From assembly GCA_965223705.1 (NCBI GenBank), contig OZ245015.1, positions 3,584,001 to 3,648,000 of the forward strand: DNA of 64,000 nt, given 5' to 3'. The position numbers and the translations under genes are program-made. The DNA is from Myxococcota bacterium (lineage in GTDB: Bacteria > Myxococcota_A > UBA9160 > UBA6930). Positions 61,630-64,000 of this stretch are shown piece by piece. The notes under the pieces were generated by a model that was not told the origin of the DNA, did not search any database, and saw only the letters and a program-made list of their open reading frames with translations. Within the stretch, counting starts at the first letter, position 1. Each line of letters opens with the position of its first letter.

Positions 61630-62558
61630 GTCCCTATATACGGAGGACCATCTCGGCCCGCCCGCCTCCCCTCCGAAAAGCAGAGAAAACCTGCTCTTTT
61701 GTGTGAACTGTCCGACGTGGCGGCGGGTTCCTCGGCACACGAGCGTCTCACCTGCGTACCGGAAGCGCGGGTACTTTCCGTTCTGAAGAGCGCCTTCCGC
61801 CTGACGTCGCCCCTGTCCAGCGGGTGGCAGACAACGCGCAACAGTGCTGGAAATCTTGCTGACACATTTTTACGCCTACGACCACGCAAAACGGTCGAAA
61901 GCTCATAAGTCCTCTCGGGGGAAACGGCAACGATTATCTTGGCCCCCGCGGAGGACGCGTGGGGCCGGGCCGGTACCCGAGGTACGCAGCTCGAGAGCTC
62001 TTCTTTGATCTTGGGCCCATCCCCATAACATAGGGGCGCGCGCTAGCGGCCGGCGCCAGCAGGGATCTGCTGCGCGCCCGAGAACCTGTTCTTGTCCTGA
62101 ATGCTCCGACGTGGCAGCAGGTTCCTCGCCTCACAAGCGTCAGACCTGCGCACCGGAAGCGCCCGATATTTTCCGGTGCGCCCGAGGGATGAGGAGCGAA
62201 AGGGAGCGCGCCCTTCGCCTAGCGTTTTTGATGTCGGGCGTTCTGAGAGCGGGGGCTCCTGTTCCCTACATTATAGGGAGCGGCTGGTTCAGCCCACCCG
62301 CCTCCCCTCAGAAGAAGCGGTGAAAACCTGCTCTTTCTGTGAACTGTCCGACGTGGCGGCGGGTTCCTCGCCACACGAGCGTGGCTTACGCGCCGGAGAC
62401 ACCGGTACTTTCCGGTGCGCCCCAGACCGAGGGTCAGACGGCGAAGCAGAGATTCGCTGCTTTTCCGAAACCGGCCCGGCGGTGTCGCGGAAACAAGCAG
62501 CAGAACCCTGCTCCCCGCCTGAATGCTCCGACGTGTCGGCGGCTTACCCGGCGAAGGT
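61630..62558 (+). repeat. Cluster of four units of the dispersed structured repeat
   Basis: Cores at about 61686-61780, 62082-62181, 62323-62420 and a partial one at 62504-62558, sharing AACCTGCT..TGAA..TCCGACGTG.CGGCGG. Confidence 0.85.
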
Positions 62559-62826
62559 CATAGCGCGCGCTACGCGCGCCAAAGACGACGTGGTGCGGTG
62601 ACTTTGCGGCGCACGTTGTAAATTCTACAACTCGAAAAAGGCGGTTCGTACGTTTCCGAGTGGTTTCTCGCGGATGCCACGCGCTGGGCGACACACGGCA
62701 TCGGGCTAACTGATGCGGCACAGTTTTTGCTCCGAGCCACGACCGGTGTGCGAGGTGTCGCTCTGCGAGGGATGTGCTCGCAGTAAACACAGCACCCGCT
62801 CTGATCGATCGCAGAAAGGAAAGTGG

Positions 62827-64000
62827 ATGGCTGAGAAACACGTCGAGGGGTTCATGAGGGGTCTGCGCAAGCGCAACCCGCACGAAGGCGAGTTTCATCA
62901 AGCGGTCGAGGAAGTCGCTCGATCGGTAATGTCGACGTATTTGGATCGAGAGGACTACCACAAGGCGCAGATTCTGGAGCGTCTGACCGAACCTGACCGC
63001 ATCGTGTCGTTCCGCGTGTCCTGGCAGACAGACGGGGGCGAGATCCGGGCCAACCGCGCATGGCGCGTTCAATTCAATCACGCGTTGGGGCCCTACAAAG
63101 GTGGCCTGCGCTTCCACCCGAGTGTAGATCAGAGCGTCCTCAAGTTTTTGGGTTTCGAGCAGATCTTCAAGAACAGCCTGACAGGTCTTCCCATGGGTGG
63201 TGCCAAGGGAGGATCGAACTTCAACCCGAAGGGCAAGAGCCGAAACGAAGTGATGCGCTTCTGCCAGTCGCTGATGACCGAGCTCCACCGGCATATCGGG
63301 GAGGATACCGATGTACCGGCGGGCGACATCGGTGTCGGGTCGCGCGAGATCAGCTTCCTTTTTGGTCAATATATGCGGCTCGAGAATCGTTGGACGGGCG
63401 TTCTCACCGGAAAAGGCTGTGCCTTCGGCGGGAGCGCCGTGCGAAAAGAAGCGACCGGGTACGGTTGTGTCTATTTCCTAGAGGACATGCTGGAAGAGGT
63501 GGGCGAGGGGATCGAGGGAAAGCGGATCGCCATCAGCGGAAGTGGCAACGTGGCGCTCTACGCCGCGCAAAAGGCGATGGAGAAGGGGGCTCGTGTCGTG
63601 TCGCTGAGTGATTCGAGCGGCTTCGTGCATATCGCTGACGGCCTTAACGAGGAACACTTCGAAGGCGTGCAGCAGCTCAAAGAAGAACGGCAGGGGCGAA
63701 TTTCAGAAATGGCCGACGCATTCGAGGGCGTGGAGTACGTGGAGGGATGCAAGCCGTGGCGGGTGCCCTGCGATATCGCCATGCCCTGCGCCACGCAGAA
63801 CGAGCTGGATGCCGAGGACGCCAAAGCCCTCATCGAAGCGGGCGTCGCGGCGATCTGCGAGGGGGCCAACATGCCGACGACGATCGAAGCCACCGAACTC
63901 TTCGCCAAGGCGGGCGTGCTCCACGCGCCAGGCAAGGCCTCGAATGCGGGTGGCGTCGCGGTGAGCGGGCTCGAGCTCAGCCAGAACGCGATGCGCCTCA
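62827..64000 (+). CDS. gdhA: NADP-specific glutamate dehydrogenase, runs off the right edge
   Basis: Manual translation: MAEKH..NPHEGEFHQAVEEV..GPYKGGLRFHP..LPMGGAKGGS..DVPAGDIGVG..PCATQNE..EGANMP. Confidence 0.95.
   Translation, partial: MAEKHVEGFMRGLRKRNPHEGEFHQAVEEVARSVMSTYLDREDYHKAQILERLTEPDRIVSFRVSWQTDGGEIRANRAWRVQFNHALGPYKGGLRFHPSVDQSVLKFLGFEQIFKNSLTGLPMGGAKGGSNFNPKGKSRNEVMRFCQSLMTELHRHIGEDTDVPAGDIGVGSREISFLFGQYMRLENRWTGVLTGKGCAFGGSAVRKEATGYGCVYFLEDMLEEVGEGIEGKRIAISGSGNVALYAAQKAMEKGARVVSLSDSSGFVHIADGLNEEHFEGVQQLKEERQGRISEMADAFEGVEYVEGCKPWRVPCDIAMPCATQNELDAEDAKALIEAGVAAICEGANMPTTIEATELFAKAGVLHAPGKASNAGGVAVSGLELSQNAMRL

Noticed and set aside
61630..62558. CRISPR array, integron attC sites or glutamine riboswitch
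   Set aside because: Units are long, degenerate and irregularly spaced; there are no cas or intI genes and no RYYYAAC/GTTRRRY ends; I could not match the glnA motif by eye.
62434..63369. 311-aa minus-strand ORF
   Set aside because: Antisense to gdhA; typical shadow ORF in high-GC DNA.

Overview
High-GC bacterial window with two parts. (1) 1-28.6 kb is a catabolic cluster: a phosphotransferase, enoyl-CoA hydratase, three Baeyer-Villiger-type monooxygenases, LLM/NtaA monooxygenases, a CoA transferase, hydantoinase A/B, an MMPL transporter, a TauD dioxygenase, an epoxide hydrolase, and an FAD monooxygenase fused to cytochrome b5. (2) About 28.8-62.6 kb is an accessory region bracketed by copies of a structured, dispersed repeat. 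It holds six co-oriented copies of a tmRNA-like 3' end, which delimit five integrase-free cargo modules: an NTase TA-like pair plus MBL; czcCBA; vapBC; XRE/GIY-YIG/TIR-trypsin-RNase R; and MBL/SnoaL/amidohydrolase/AraC. To their right is a satellite-like element with a tyrosine integrase, a primase-helicase, a HEPN protein and a group II-like (G2L4-type) reverse transcriptase. The RT is preceded by a promoter and two 131-bp structured direct repeats, and is interrupted near its C-terminus by a frameshifted IS481-family element. The window ends in gdhA. All calls come from motifs read by eye; no database searches were run.
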